Assembly: GCA_977020255.1 (NCBI GenBank)
Contig: CDROCS010005192.1
Span: forward strand, 1 to 64,000
From: Obrimoposthia wandeli
Lineage: Eukaryota
Direction: 5' to 3'
Length of the DNA: 64,000 nucleotides
The notes under the pieces: generated by a model
Database searches by the model: none
The model's input: the letters and a program-made list of their open reading frames with translations, nothing else
What the model was told of the DNA's origin: nothing
In this document: positions 50,231 to 60,614 of the stretch, piece after piece
How positions within the stretch are numbered: the first letter of the stretch is position 1
How the letters are laid out: the number at the start of each line of letters is the position of its first letter
Position numbers and translations under genes: made by a program

Positions 50231-51139
50231 CTAACCTTCCTGACACATCAAAAATTCAAGCAAAGCTTTTTGAGCATGTAAGCGATTTTCTGCTTCATCC
50301 CAAACCACAGATTCCAAATCATCCATCACTTCAGCGCTAACTTCTTCACCACGGTGAGCAGGCAGGCAGTGCATGAACAACGCATCGGAATTTGCCAAGT
50401 CCATCAGTTCTTTATTCACCTGATAATCGGCAAACTTAACCATGCGCGCTTGCTGTTCTTCTTCTTGGCCCATCGATGCCCAAACGTCGGTTACGATCAA
50501 GTCAGAATTAATAACCGCTTCTTTCGGATTGCGAATAATCTGCACACGATCGGCGTTATCGTCTAATAACTGCTGGTGCGGATCAAAACCTTCAGGGCAG
50601 GCAATGTTCAATTTAAAATCAAACTGGCGTGCAGCGTTGATGTAAGAGTGGCACATGTTATTGCCATCCCCAACCCAAGTAACCGTTTTGCCTTTGATGC
50701 TGCCACGATGTTCTTTATAGGTTTGCATGTCGGCTAATAACTGGCATGGGTGAAAGTCATCGGTTAAGGCGTTGATGACAGGCACTTTGGAATAGGCGGC
50801 AAACTTTTCAACGGTTTCATGATCGAAGGTGCGAATCATAATCGCATCAACCATGCGCGACATAACGCGAGCGCTATCGGCTACCGGTTCGCCACGACCT
50901 AGTTGAGTATCACGCGAGGATAAAAAGATCGCGCTACCACCAAACTGAGTCATGCCTGCTTCAAAAGAAATACGAGTACGGGTAGACGACTTTTCAAAAA
51001 TCATTCCGAGTACTTGGTTTTTCAATGGCTCGTAAATTTCACCCGCGTGCTGCATCTTTTTTAATTCGATAGCGCGGTTAATAACCCAATCAAGCTCTGC
51101 TGGTTCTAAATCTAATAATGTTAAAAAGTGTCTAGCCAT
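50231..51139 (-). CDS. argF: Ornithine carbamoyltransferase
   Basis: [37 protein letters not shown]. Confidence 0.97.
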   Translation of the reverse strand: MARHFLTLLDLEPAELDWVINRAIELKKMQHAGEIYEPLKNQVLGMIFEKSSTRTRISFEAGMTQFGGSAIFLSSRDTQLGRGEPVADSARVMSRMVDAIMIRTFDHETVEKFAAYSKVPVINALTDDFHPCQLLADMQTYKEHRGSIKGKTVTWVGDGNNMCHSYINAARQFDFKLNIACPEGFDPHQQLLDDNADRVQIIRNPKEAVINSDLIVTDVWASMGQEEEQQARMVKFADYQVNKELMDLANSDALFMHCLPAHRGEEVSAEVMDDLESVVWDEAENRLHAQKALLEFLMCQEG

Positions 51140-51151
51140 GATGGCAATTCC

Positions 51152-52318
51152 TTACTTTAAATTCTCTACCAGCTGGCAAACTAAGTTCACCACCTGATCA
51201 GCGTCTTGCTGATTGATGTTCAGTGGTGGCAATAAACGAATAACATTGCCAGACGTGACGTTAATCAATAGACCTATGTCTAACGCCTCTTTTATTAACT
51301 GTGGGCAATCTTGCTTGATTACTATACCGAGCATTAAGCCAGTGCCCCGTAATTCAGTCGCTAAGCCTTTTTCGATTAAGCGGCTGGTGAAAGCACTGCG
51401 CATTTGTTCGCTACGAGCTTTCACATTGTCATAAATATTTTCTTTTTCGATGCTATCTATAACCGCAACCGCTGCGGCGCAAGCAAGTGGATTACCACCA
51501 TAAGTCGAACCGTGATTACCTGGCTGTAAAACATGTGCTGCTTTACCTTTAGCGATACAAGCACCAATCGGTACGCCGTTACCCAAGCCTTTGGCTGTGG
51601 TTAATACATCGGGTGTAATACCGTGCTGCTGGAAGTTAAAGTAAGTACCCGTACGACCGTTACCGGTTTGTACTTCGTCCAGCATCATTAATAATTCATG
51701 TTCATCACACAGGCTGCGCAAACCTTGGATGTAGTCAGTACTTGCCGTGGCTAGGCCACCTTCGCCTTGAATCGGCTCAAGTAAAATCGCTACGATATTA
51801 GGGTTCGCAGCAATCATCGCTTTGGCGGCGTTTAGATCCTGATAAGGCACACGGATAAAACCCGATACTAAGGGTGCAAAGCCTAACTGAGCGGCCGGAT
51901 TTCCGGTTGCGGTTAGGGTTGCCATCGTACGGCCGTGAAATGCCTTGGTCATAACAATGATCTGAGGCTCTGGAATACCTTGGTCGTGGCCGTATTTACG
52001 GGCGATTTTAATCGCAGCTTCGTTTGCTTCGGCGCCGGAATTAGAGAAGAACACGTTATCCATACCCGATAAGCGCGTTAAGCGTTCAGCCAGCTCTTGC
52101 TGTCGGCCAATGCCGTACAAGTTAGAAGTGTGCACAAGATTGTCCGCTTGATCGCGAATGGCTTGGGTCACGGCTGGGTGTGCATGGCCTAGGCCGCACA
52201 CTGCGATTCCGCTTAATGCATCCAGATATTTTTTGCCGTCAGTATCAAAGACCCAAGAGCCTTCACCTTTGACAAAAGTAACTGGAAGCCGACCATATGT
52301 ATTCATGATTGGCTGCAT
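51152..52318 (-). CDS. argD: Acetylornithine aminotransferase (PLP class III)
   Basis: NSGAEANEAA, FHGRT, EPIQGEGG, DEVQTG..TTAKGLGNG, HGSTYGGNP. Confidence 0.93.
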   Translation of the reverse strand: MQPIMNTYGRLPVTFVKGEGSWVFDTDGKKYLDALSGIAVCGLGHAHPAVTQAIRDQADNLVHTSNLYGIGRQQELAERLTRLSGMDNVFFSNSGAEANEAAIKIARKYGHDQGIPEPQIIVMTKAFHGRTMATLTATGNPAAQLGFAPLVSGFIRVPYQDLNAAKAMIAANPNIVAILLEPIQGEGGLATASTDYIQGLRSLCDEHELLMMLDEVQTGNGRTGTYFNFQQHGITPDVLTTAKGLGNGVPIGACIAKGKAAHVLQPGNHGSTYGGNPLACAAAVAVIDSIEKENIYDNVKARSEQMRSAFTSRLIEKGLATELRGTGLMLGIVIKQDCPQLIKEALDIGLLINVTSGNVIRLLPPLNINQQDADQVVNLVCQLVENLK

Positions 52319-52368
52319 GGTATTACTCCGAATTCTTTAGAATTAATATTTCATTGATTGCTAAAACG

Positions 52369-52392
52369 CAAAAAGGCGACATGGGTCGCCTT
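52369..52392 (-). terminator. Terminator-like hairpin inside the argD leader
   Basis: Minus strand AAGGCGAC-CCAT-GTCGCCTT-TTT. Confidence 0.55.
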
Positions 52393-52406
52393 AAAATCAA
52401 GCACGG

Positions 52407-52435
52407 ATCATACGAAAGTATCTGGCCCCTGTAAA
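52407..52435 (-). promoter_or_regulatory. sigma-70 promoter of argD-argF
   Basis: Minus strand TTTACA-17 nt-TATGAT. Confidence 0.7.
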
Positions 52436-52584
52436 TACATCCATTCCCTTTCTATCTAATTAGTAGCGCTAAAATCGCTGTTAATTTTGTTATAGTGACC
52501 TTTTTATAGCTATATCATTGGTTTTAAAATCGATTCATGATTGGATAATTATTCCACAAAATGAAGTAATCAAAGGCAAAAATA

Positions 52585-55500
52585 ATGGCAGCTTGGCAGT
52601 TTTGGATGGATCGTGGCGGTACCTTTACCGATATCGTGGCGAAGAAGCCTGACGGCAGTTTGGTGACTCATAAGCTGTTATCAGAAAATCCTGCCCATTA
52701 TAAAGACGCTGCTATTCAAGGCATTCGTGAATTGCTCGGTTTGTCTGATGACCAGGCTTTGCCGATCGAGTTAATCGATGAGGTTAAAATGGGCACCACC
52801 GTTGCAACCAATGCGCTATTAGAACGTAAAGGTGAGCCAACGTTATTAGTCACCAGTCATGGCTTGGGTGATGTCTTAAAAATCGGTTATCAAACACGCC
52901 CCGATATTTTTGCCTTAGATATTCGCTTACCCGAACAGTTGTATGTAGGGGTTGAGGAAGCGAGTGAACGCTTACTGGCTGACGGTACGATTGATCGACC
53001 GTTTGACGAAGAAGGCTTAGCGGTACGTTTAATTGAATGGCGAAAGCAAGGTATTGAATCCATCGCCATTGCCTTTGCTCATGGTTATCGTTTTCCTGAA
53101 CATGAAAAGGCGGCTGGACGCTTGGCGCGTGAATTAGGGTTTAAACAAGTCTCACTAAGTCATGAAGTTAGCCCGTTAGTGAAGTTGGTGCCGCGCGGCG
53201 ATACCACGGTTGTGGATGCGTATTTATCGCCAATTTTAAAACGTTATGTTGAGCAAGTAGACGATCAACTTTCATCTGCTAAACAGAAAGTCCCGTTGTA
53301 TTTTATGCAATCTAACGGTGGTTTAGTCGACGCGCATAAGTTTCGTGGCAAAGATGCCATTCTATCTGGCCCCGCAGGTGGGGTAGTCGGCATGGTTGAA
53401 ACGGCGAGTGATGACGGTTTCGATCGTATTATCGGTTTTGATATGGGCGGCACGTCGACGGATGTCGCGCATTTTAATAACGAGCCATCTTTACTTCAGA
53501 GTCTTCTAAAGAAAAAGCCTTGCGAGAATACGAACGTGAGTTTGAAACTCAGGTAGCCGGAGTTCGCTTACGTGCGCCGATGATGAATATTCATACGGTC
53601 GCGGCGGGTGGCGGTTCAATTGTGAAATTCTCAGATGGCCGTTTTCAAGTGGGTCCAGAAAGTGCGGGGGCTTTTCCTGGGCCTGCGTGTTATCGCAATG
53701 GTGGTCCTCTTACGATTACCGATTGTAATGTGCTGCTAGGCAAGGTGAAGGCGGAATATTTTCCTGAATGTTTTGGTCCCAAGCGTAATCAAGGTTTGGA
53801 TTATGTCGGTGTTAAGCAGCAGTTCGAAGCGCTCGCCGAAAAAATTAATAGTGAATCGAATGCACACTATTCAGCGGCAGAAATAGCCCAAGGGTTCTTA
53901 ACCATCGCCATTGAAAATATGGCCAACGCCGTGAAGAAAATTTCACTGCAACGTGGTTATGATGTTAGCAACTATGTCTTAAATGCTTTTGGTGGCGCGG
54001 GTGGTCAGCATGCGTGTTTAGTGGCTGAATCATTAGGCATGAAACAGGTGTATTTACATCCTTTTGCGGGGGTTTTATCCGCTTATGGTATTGGTCTGGC
54101 GAATGAACGTTGGTTAGGGGAAGAGTCGTTACAATTAGAGATTTTTAATAGCGATCCATCGAATGCTAACTCAGTGCAAGTACTCAGGTCTTGTGAGGTA
54201 TTGGATGAAATAGAATTATGCCAACTACGTTTGCAGCAGAAGGCCAGCACCTCAATTTCTAGAGCGGCGAATGGCAAGGCTTCAGGCTCTAATACTAAAC
54301 AAAAAATTCAAGATTTCTGGCGCATTCATATTAAATATAAAGGCACGGATACACCGCTTTTATTGCAGCTGCCGAATAATTTAGATTTAGCGAAAGTGGC
54401 AGTCGAGTTTCATCAATTGCATCAGCAAACGTTTGGTTTTTCTGATGCTAAGCGCCCCCTAGTACTGGAAGCGATACAGCTAGAACGTGTTGCTGGTGGT
54501 CGCGATGTTAAAGGAGATAATGAGAGTGAAGATGGCAAAGAACAGCGCAAAGAACAGGTTTCTGGTCATGGCGTATTAAAGGCGATTGCTCATAGTGACA
54601 TGACCTGTGCAGTCAACAGTCATCGCGAAAATAACGGTAAGACTGAAACTAAAACACAGCAAGTCCCTGTGTATCGTCGAGAGCAGCTGCCACACAATAT
54701 TGATATTAAAGGCCCAGCATTAATCGCTGAAAATAACTCGACCATCGTGATTGAACCAAACTGGGTGGGTAAGGTAATCGCCAGCGGGGCTTTGGTTTTA
54801 ACCTATCAAGACGATAAAAATCACCAAAATAAGACGCGTCAAAGCGCAGTAGATGTGTCGACTCCTGATGCGATTCAGCTAGAAGTGTTCAACAATTTAT
54901 TCATGTTTGTCGCCGAGCAAATGGGTTTTGTTTTAGAAAAAACAGCCGCAAGTGTGAATATCAAAGAACGTCTAGATTTTTCTTGTGCCTTGTTTGATAA
55001 GCAGGGTGAGCTGGTGGCGAATGCGCCGCATATTCCTGTGCATTTAGGTTCAATGAGCGAGAGCATTAAAGTAGTTATAAACAATAACCCAAATATGAAA
55101 GCGGGTGATGCCTTTGTATTAAATACGCCTTATAACGGCGGTACGCATTTACCGGATATCACGATTGTTAAACCTGTCTTTATAAATTCTAACGCTGAAA
55201 ATACGAATGATGACAATACAGCGGCGGACTTTTACGTTGCTGCTCGGGGTCATCACGCTGATGTCGGCGGTATTACTCCGGGTTCAATGCCAGCCCGTAG
55301 CCAGCATATTAATGAAGAAGGTATTTTATTAGATAATTTATGCTTGGTGAAAGAAGGCGAATTTCAAACGGCGATGATTACTCAAGCCTTGTCTGATCAT
55401 GAATTCCCCGCGCGTAATATCGAACAAAATATTGCCGATTTAAAAGCACAATTGGCCGCCTGTGAAAAAGGCGCGCAAGAATTAAATCGCTTAAGTCATC

Positions 55501-56501
55501 AATACGGTTTAGCAACCCTGCAGGCGTATATGGGGCACGTACAAGATAACGCCGAAGTTACGTTGCAAGCCTGTTTAAAAGAATTAGATTCAGGTTCGTT
55601 TGAATACGCGATGGATGATGGTAGCTTAATTAAGGTTGCCATTACGATTGATAAAGAGGGTGATAAAAAGGGGGATAAAGAGAGCGGTAAAGAAAACTGC
55701 CGCGCTAAAGTCGATTTCACCGGTACCTCGCCTCAACATGTCGGCAATTTTAATGCGCCCACCTCCGTTGCCAAAGCGGCGGTCTTGTATGTCTTTCGTT
55801 GCCTCGTCGCTAAATCCATGCCACTGAACGCAGGCTTTTTCCGCGCGCTGGATATCATAGTGCCAGAAGGCTCTATGCTAGCGCCGCAATATCCTGCGGC
55901 GGTGGTTTCGGGAAATGTTGAAACGGCTCAATATATCGTAGATACCTTATTGGGTGCGCTAGGCATTATGGCCGCGAGCCAAGGTACCAATAATAATTTC
56001 ACTTTTGGCGATGATGAATTTCAGTATTACGAAACGCTGTGTGGCGGTGCAGGAGCAACTCAAAGCAATGCGGGTGCTTCTGGCGTGCACAGTCATATGA
56101 CCAATTCACGGCTAACCGATGTGGAAATATTAGAGCAGCGTTTTCCGGTGATGTTAGAACACTTTGCTATTCGACCTTGTTCGGGTGGTACTGGGGAACA
56201 TAAAGGCGGCGATGGCATCGAACGCCATATACGATTTTTGAAAGCGATGTCTGCGACCATTATTTCAGGTCATCGACACGTACCAACGTTTGGTATGGCA
56301 GGCGGTGAATCGGGCAAGGTAGGGATGAATTTCGTCCAGCGTTTTGTGCTGGATTCCACGGGGGCGCCAGTGCCTAAGCTTGAATTCCTTAAAGGTTGCA
56401 CCGATATACAGATGAATAGAGGGGATGTGTTTTGTATTCATACCCCAGGAGGCGGTGGTTATGGTCGCTCGTTAGATATAGGGCTTGATAAAGATCAATA
56501 G
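52585..56501 (+). CDS. Fused hydantoinase A/B 5-oxoprolinase (ATP-hydrolysing) family protein; one frameshift ~53490
   Basis: DRGGTFTD, GTTVATNALLERKG, DMGGTSTDV, TVAAGGGS, NIKERLDFSC, HIPVHLG, YYETLCGG, TPGGGGYG. One added T at ctt(t)cag joins both ORFs. Confidence 0.92.
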
Positions 56502-56629
56502 CTTATGTCATAACGGCTATTAACCTAGTAAAACAGTCGGAAATTCAGTAGAATCCGCGCCAATAAATACGTTTAATATAAGCAATTGAAAGCTTAACCA
56601 ATTGATAGCATATAGAGTGAGGTAACATT

Positions 56630-56959
56630 ATGAGTACTGAAAATATTATGGACTCGATCAAAGAGCAAATCGAAAGCAACGATATTTTGTTGTACATGAA
56701 AGGCTCTCCAAATGCTCCACAGTGTGGTTTTTCTGCACAAACTGTACAGAACGTTATGGAATGTGGTCAGAAATTTGCTTATGTGGATATCTTATCTAAC
56801 CCAGACATTCGCGCTAACTTACCAAAGTACGCTAACTGGCCAACTTTCCCACAGCTTTGGGTTAAAGGCGAGCTAGTAGGCGGTTGTGACATCATTACTG
56901 AGATGCACGGCAATGGCGAATTGAAGGCATTGTTAGATGAAGCTGCTCCTGCTGCTTAA
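56630..56959 (+). CDS. grxD: Monothiol glutaredoxin GrxD
   Basis: MKGSP..PQCGFS, WPTFPQLW, GGCDI. Confidence 0.97.
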   Translation: MSTENIMDSIKEQIESNDILLYMKGSPNAPQCGFSAQTVQNVMECGQKFAYVDILSNPDIRANLPKYANWPTFPQLWVKGELVGGCDIITEMHGNGELKALLDEAAPAA

Positions 56960-57014
56960 GTTTTAGCGATTCTTTTTAAAGTGACCTTAATATAGGTGGC
57001 TTAAGATAGACGAC

Positions 57015-57053
57015 AAAAAACCAGCCCTGATGAAAGTCAGTGCTGGTTTTTTT
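57015..57053 (+). terminator. Intrinsic terminator after grxD
   Basis: AAAAAACCAGC-C-CTGA..TCAG-T-GCTGGTTTTTTT. Confidence 0.85.
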
Positions 57054-57103
57054 GTGCCTGTCATAATAAAAAATGATCTACCGCAATAAATGCTAAATCT
57101 TAA

Positions 57104-57144
57104 TGTAAATACGAATAATCTGTATTTGATATATATTCTCATTA
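57104..57144. promoter_or_regulatory. Fur-box-like AT-rich sites upstream of the TonB receptor
   Basis: AATACGAATAATCTGTATT and TGATATATATTCTCATTA resemble the GATAAT/ATTCTCATT hexamer arrays. Confidence 0.45.
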
Positions 57145-57187
57145 GTGTAGGATGTGCTCAAATTATTTAAATAAGAGAATTCATAAG

Positions 57188-59360
57188 ATGAAGAATCTAT
57201 TTGTTGTATCTCTAGCCCTAGTAGCAGGCATCGCGCAAGCGGCTGATGACCAAGTTATCGACAAGAAAGTTACTGATAATACGGCTCACCAGCTTTCTAC
57301 CGTGAGTATCATTGGTAGCGAAGAAGAGGCTCAGCAAATTGCAGGTTCTGCCCATGTTATCGATTCAGAAGAACTAGCAAAATTTGAATATACCGATATT
57401 CAGAAAGTTCTAGCGGGTGTTCCAGGTGTATCTTTCCGTAATGAAGAGGGCTACGGCTTACGTCCTAATATCAGTATTCGTGGTACGCGTGATGATCGCT
57501 CTGGCAAAATCACATTAATGGAAGACGGTGTATTAATCGCTCCAGCGCCTTACTCTGCTTCATCTGCGTATTATTTTCCAACGGCTGGTCGCATTAGCGG
57601 CGTTGAAGTTATGAAAGGCGCATCGGCTATTAAGAACGGTCCTTATACCGTTGGCGGTGCATTAAACCTAATCAGTACGCCTATTCCTTATGAGTTATCA
57701 GGTAAAACAAACCTAGAATACGGTAGTGATAATACCGTACGTGCATACGGTGCTGTTGGTGATAGCAAAGAAAATTATGGTTGGTTAATAGAAGGTCAAA
57801 AGCATCAAAGTGATGGTTTTGATAGCATTCAAAATGCGGCTGACGATACCGGCTTTGATAAAGAAGACGTAATGGCTAAATTCCGTGTGAATTCAGATCG
57901 CGGCGCAGCTGTTTATAACCAGCTTGATTTAAAACTGCAGTATTCTACCGAACTTTCTGATCAGACATACGTTGGGCTTACCGAAGCAGACTTTAATAAT
58001 GATGCACATGAACGTTATGGTCTGACTCAGCAAGACGAAATGGATAACGAGCATAAAGAAATTACCTTGAGTCACTTAGTTGAATTCGGTACGACTGAAA
58101 TCATCACAACCGGTTACTTTATCGAATTCAAACGTGATTGGTTTAAGGTTGATAAGATCGGTGGCGATAGCATCAATAGCGTGATTGATTGTGCGAATAC
58201 TGGCAATTGTGGTTCAAACGATATCAGAAGCGGATGCTATCGCGGTACATGGCGAGCAAGCCGGCTGCGATATCAAACATAATAACCGTAGCTATGAATC
58301 AAAAGGTATTCAGACTCGCGTTAAGCATCAGTTAGAAACTGCCAGTATCGATCATGGTATTGAATTTGGTTTACGTTACCACGAAGATAGTGAAGATCGT
58401 GATCAGCCAACTGAAACATGGGCGCAAGATGCTAATGGTAACCTTACGTATGTCTCAACAGGAGCTCCAAGCACTCGTTTAACAAAAGCTAAAGCTTGGT
58501 CTGCTTACCTTTCTGATGATATGAAATTAGGCCAATGGGTTGTCAGCCCTGGTGTACGTCATGAAAACTACGAAATAAAGCGTGAAGGAAGTGATACTAA
58601 GGTAACTGAGCAAAACGTAACGCTCTTTGGTTTAGGAGCAACTTATCAAATCAATCAGCAGGTGCTTATGTTCGCGGGTACGCATGAGGGCCATTCACCA
58701 GCGCCAAACGATGGTAAGAGTGATCCAGAAAAAGCTTTGAACTCTGAATTTGGCCTACGTTTTAATGATGCAGGTTTATATGCAGAAGCGACGGCATTCT
58801 ATAGTGATTACTCTAACCTAGTGGGGGTTTGTTCAGCCTCGGGTGGTGCGGGAGACTGTGATATTGGTGACGCAAGCAATGCGGGTGAAGCAACGATTCA
58901 AGGTTTGGAAACATTAGTAAAATATGAGCATGCTTTAAATTCTGTGATTACTTTGCCTATTGGCATTACCTATACCTATACCGATGCGACGTTTGATACT
59001 ACTTTTGAAGATGACGGTGTTTGGGGAAGTGTAGAAAAAGGCGATAAGTTACCTAATTTAGCCGATCAGCAAATTCAGTTACGATTGGGGATGGTTCATG
59101 TATCCGGATTTGCTGCTGATATGAACGTTAACTATTATAGCGAAACTTGCTCAACCGCTGCTTGTGGCACAAATGAAGAGGTTGATGCTTATAGTATTGT
59201 TGATCTTGCAGGACGCTATCAAATAAACAGCCAGACTCGTGTTTATGCAACAGTAGAAAACGTTTTCAATAGTGATGATGTGGTTGCTCGTGCGCCTAAA
59301 AATGGTGCTCGCGCTCAGAAGCCTCTTTCTATGTTGATGGGTGTTTCTTATAACTTCTAA
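57188..59360 (+). CDS. TonB-dependent outer-membrane receptor (FecA-like family); one frameshift ~58215
   Basis: Signal peptide; plug motifs GVSF..EEGYGLRPNISIRG and IEV.KG-type VEVMKG; C-terminal VYATVENVFN...GVSYNF. Confidence 0.9.
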
Positions 59361-59401
59361 TATTCTTTGAGTTATCTTTGAAGTACGTTATTCGACGATA
59401 G

Positions 59402-59446
59402 AGCCCAGCCTCTCTTTAATATTATGAAAGAGAGGCTGGGCTTTTT
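59402..59446 (+). terminator. Intrinsic terminator after the TonB receptor
   Basis: 16-bp stem AGCCCAGCCTCTCTTT / AAAGAGAGGCTGGGCT + TTTT. Confidence 0.9.
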
Positions 59447-59587
59447 CGTTTCTGCAATAGCCGTTTCTGCCATGGTTGTTTCTAGGCTGCTGTTTAAAGT
59501 GAAGGGTATTACTTAAAATTTCAGTGCATCTAGGTTAGACTAACTACATTCAGCAAATAAATAGTTTTCATCTACAGGATTTTATAA

Positions 59588-60523
59588 ATGAATATTGATC
59601 GTGTTGATCTTAATTTAATGGTTTATCTCGATGTCCTTTTGCGTGAGGGCAGTGTGACTAAGTCTGCACAGCAGTTAGGAATCACTCAGCCTGCTATGAG
59701 TAATGGCCTTAAGCGTTTACGCGATTTGTTCAATGACCCTCTACTGGTACGTACTAGTGAAGGGATGACGCCGACAGAGCGAGCACTGGAACTGCAGCCA
59801 TTGATTCGTAAGGCATTGAATGAATTGGAAGCCGCTTTGCAAACTCAAGGGGAGTTTGATGCCAGTTCTAGTCATAGGGTTTTTCGCATCATGGTCAGTG
59901 ATTATGCTGAGTCGACTTTAGTCCCTGAGTTGGTGAAGCGTTTGCGTGAAGAAGCGCCGAGTGTGATTTTAGATGTTCTTACTCCTTCTGACGTGACCTT
60001 TAAAGATGTGGAGGCGGGTAAGGTTGATATGGCGATTAACCGCTTTGATGAAATGCCGCAGTCTTTTCACCAAATGACGTTATGGGAAGATGATTTTGTT
60101 TGTCTAGTGAATCCTGATCACCCTAATTCAGGTCAGTTTGATTTAGACGCTTACCTCGATAGTATGCATATATGGGTTAGTAAAACAGGCATGGGGGCTG
60201 GAGTGGGTATCGATCCAGAAAAAATCATTCGCTTAGGTTGGGTTGATAATGCGTTAAGCAAGCTGGGGCATAAACGCAAAATCTCAGTATTTACTCGTCA
60301 TTATCAGATGCCTGCATTATTGGCGTTAAATAACGATCTAGTGGCTACTTTACCAAGGAAAGTAGCAGAGATGCAGGCAGAGACGTCTCGATTATTAGTC
60401 AAAGAGCCTCCCTTTAGCGTTCCTGCATTTGAGCTGAAAATGGCTTGGTCACCTTTAGTACAGCATCATCAGGCACATATATGGCTACGTCGTTTGATTG
60501 TTGATGTGGCCCAGCGCTGCTAG
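59588..60523 (+). CDS. LysR-family regulator (LeuO/NodD-like)
   Basis: DLNLMVYLDVLLREGSVTKSAQQLGITQPAMSNGLKRLRDLFNDPL HTH. Confidence 0.92.
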   Translation: MNIDRVDLNLMVYLDVLLREGSVTKSAQQLGITQPAMSNGLKRLRDLFNDPLLVRTSEGMTPTERALELQPLIRKALNELEAALQTQGEFDASSSHRVFRIMVSDYAESTLVPELVKRLREEAPSVILDVLTPSDVTFKDVEAGKVDMAINRFDEMPQSFHQMTLWEDDFVCLVNPDHPNSGQFDLDAYLDSMHIWVSKTGMGAGVGIDPEKIIRLGWVDNALSKLGHKRKISVFTRHYQMPALLALNNDLVATLPRKVAEMQAETSRLLVKEPPFSVPAFELKMAWSPLVQHHQAHIWLRRLIVDVAQRC

Positions 60524-60614
60524 TGACAGCTTCGTCATTGCCTAAAAATTAATCACCTTCTCCATACTAGCTTTCTTGTCTATACTAAAACGAGAATATT
60601 CAATCAGAGCTAGT

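Noticed and set aside
53480-53525. Programmed frameshift in the oxoprolinase gene
   Set aside because: A single missing T in a short run restores the frame, with no slippery heptamer plus stimulator; a consensus error is simpler.
58185-58282. Phase variation of the TonB receptor
   Set aside because: No long homopolymer or SSR at the break; probably an isolated indel error.
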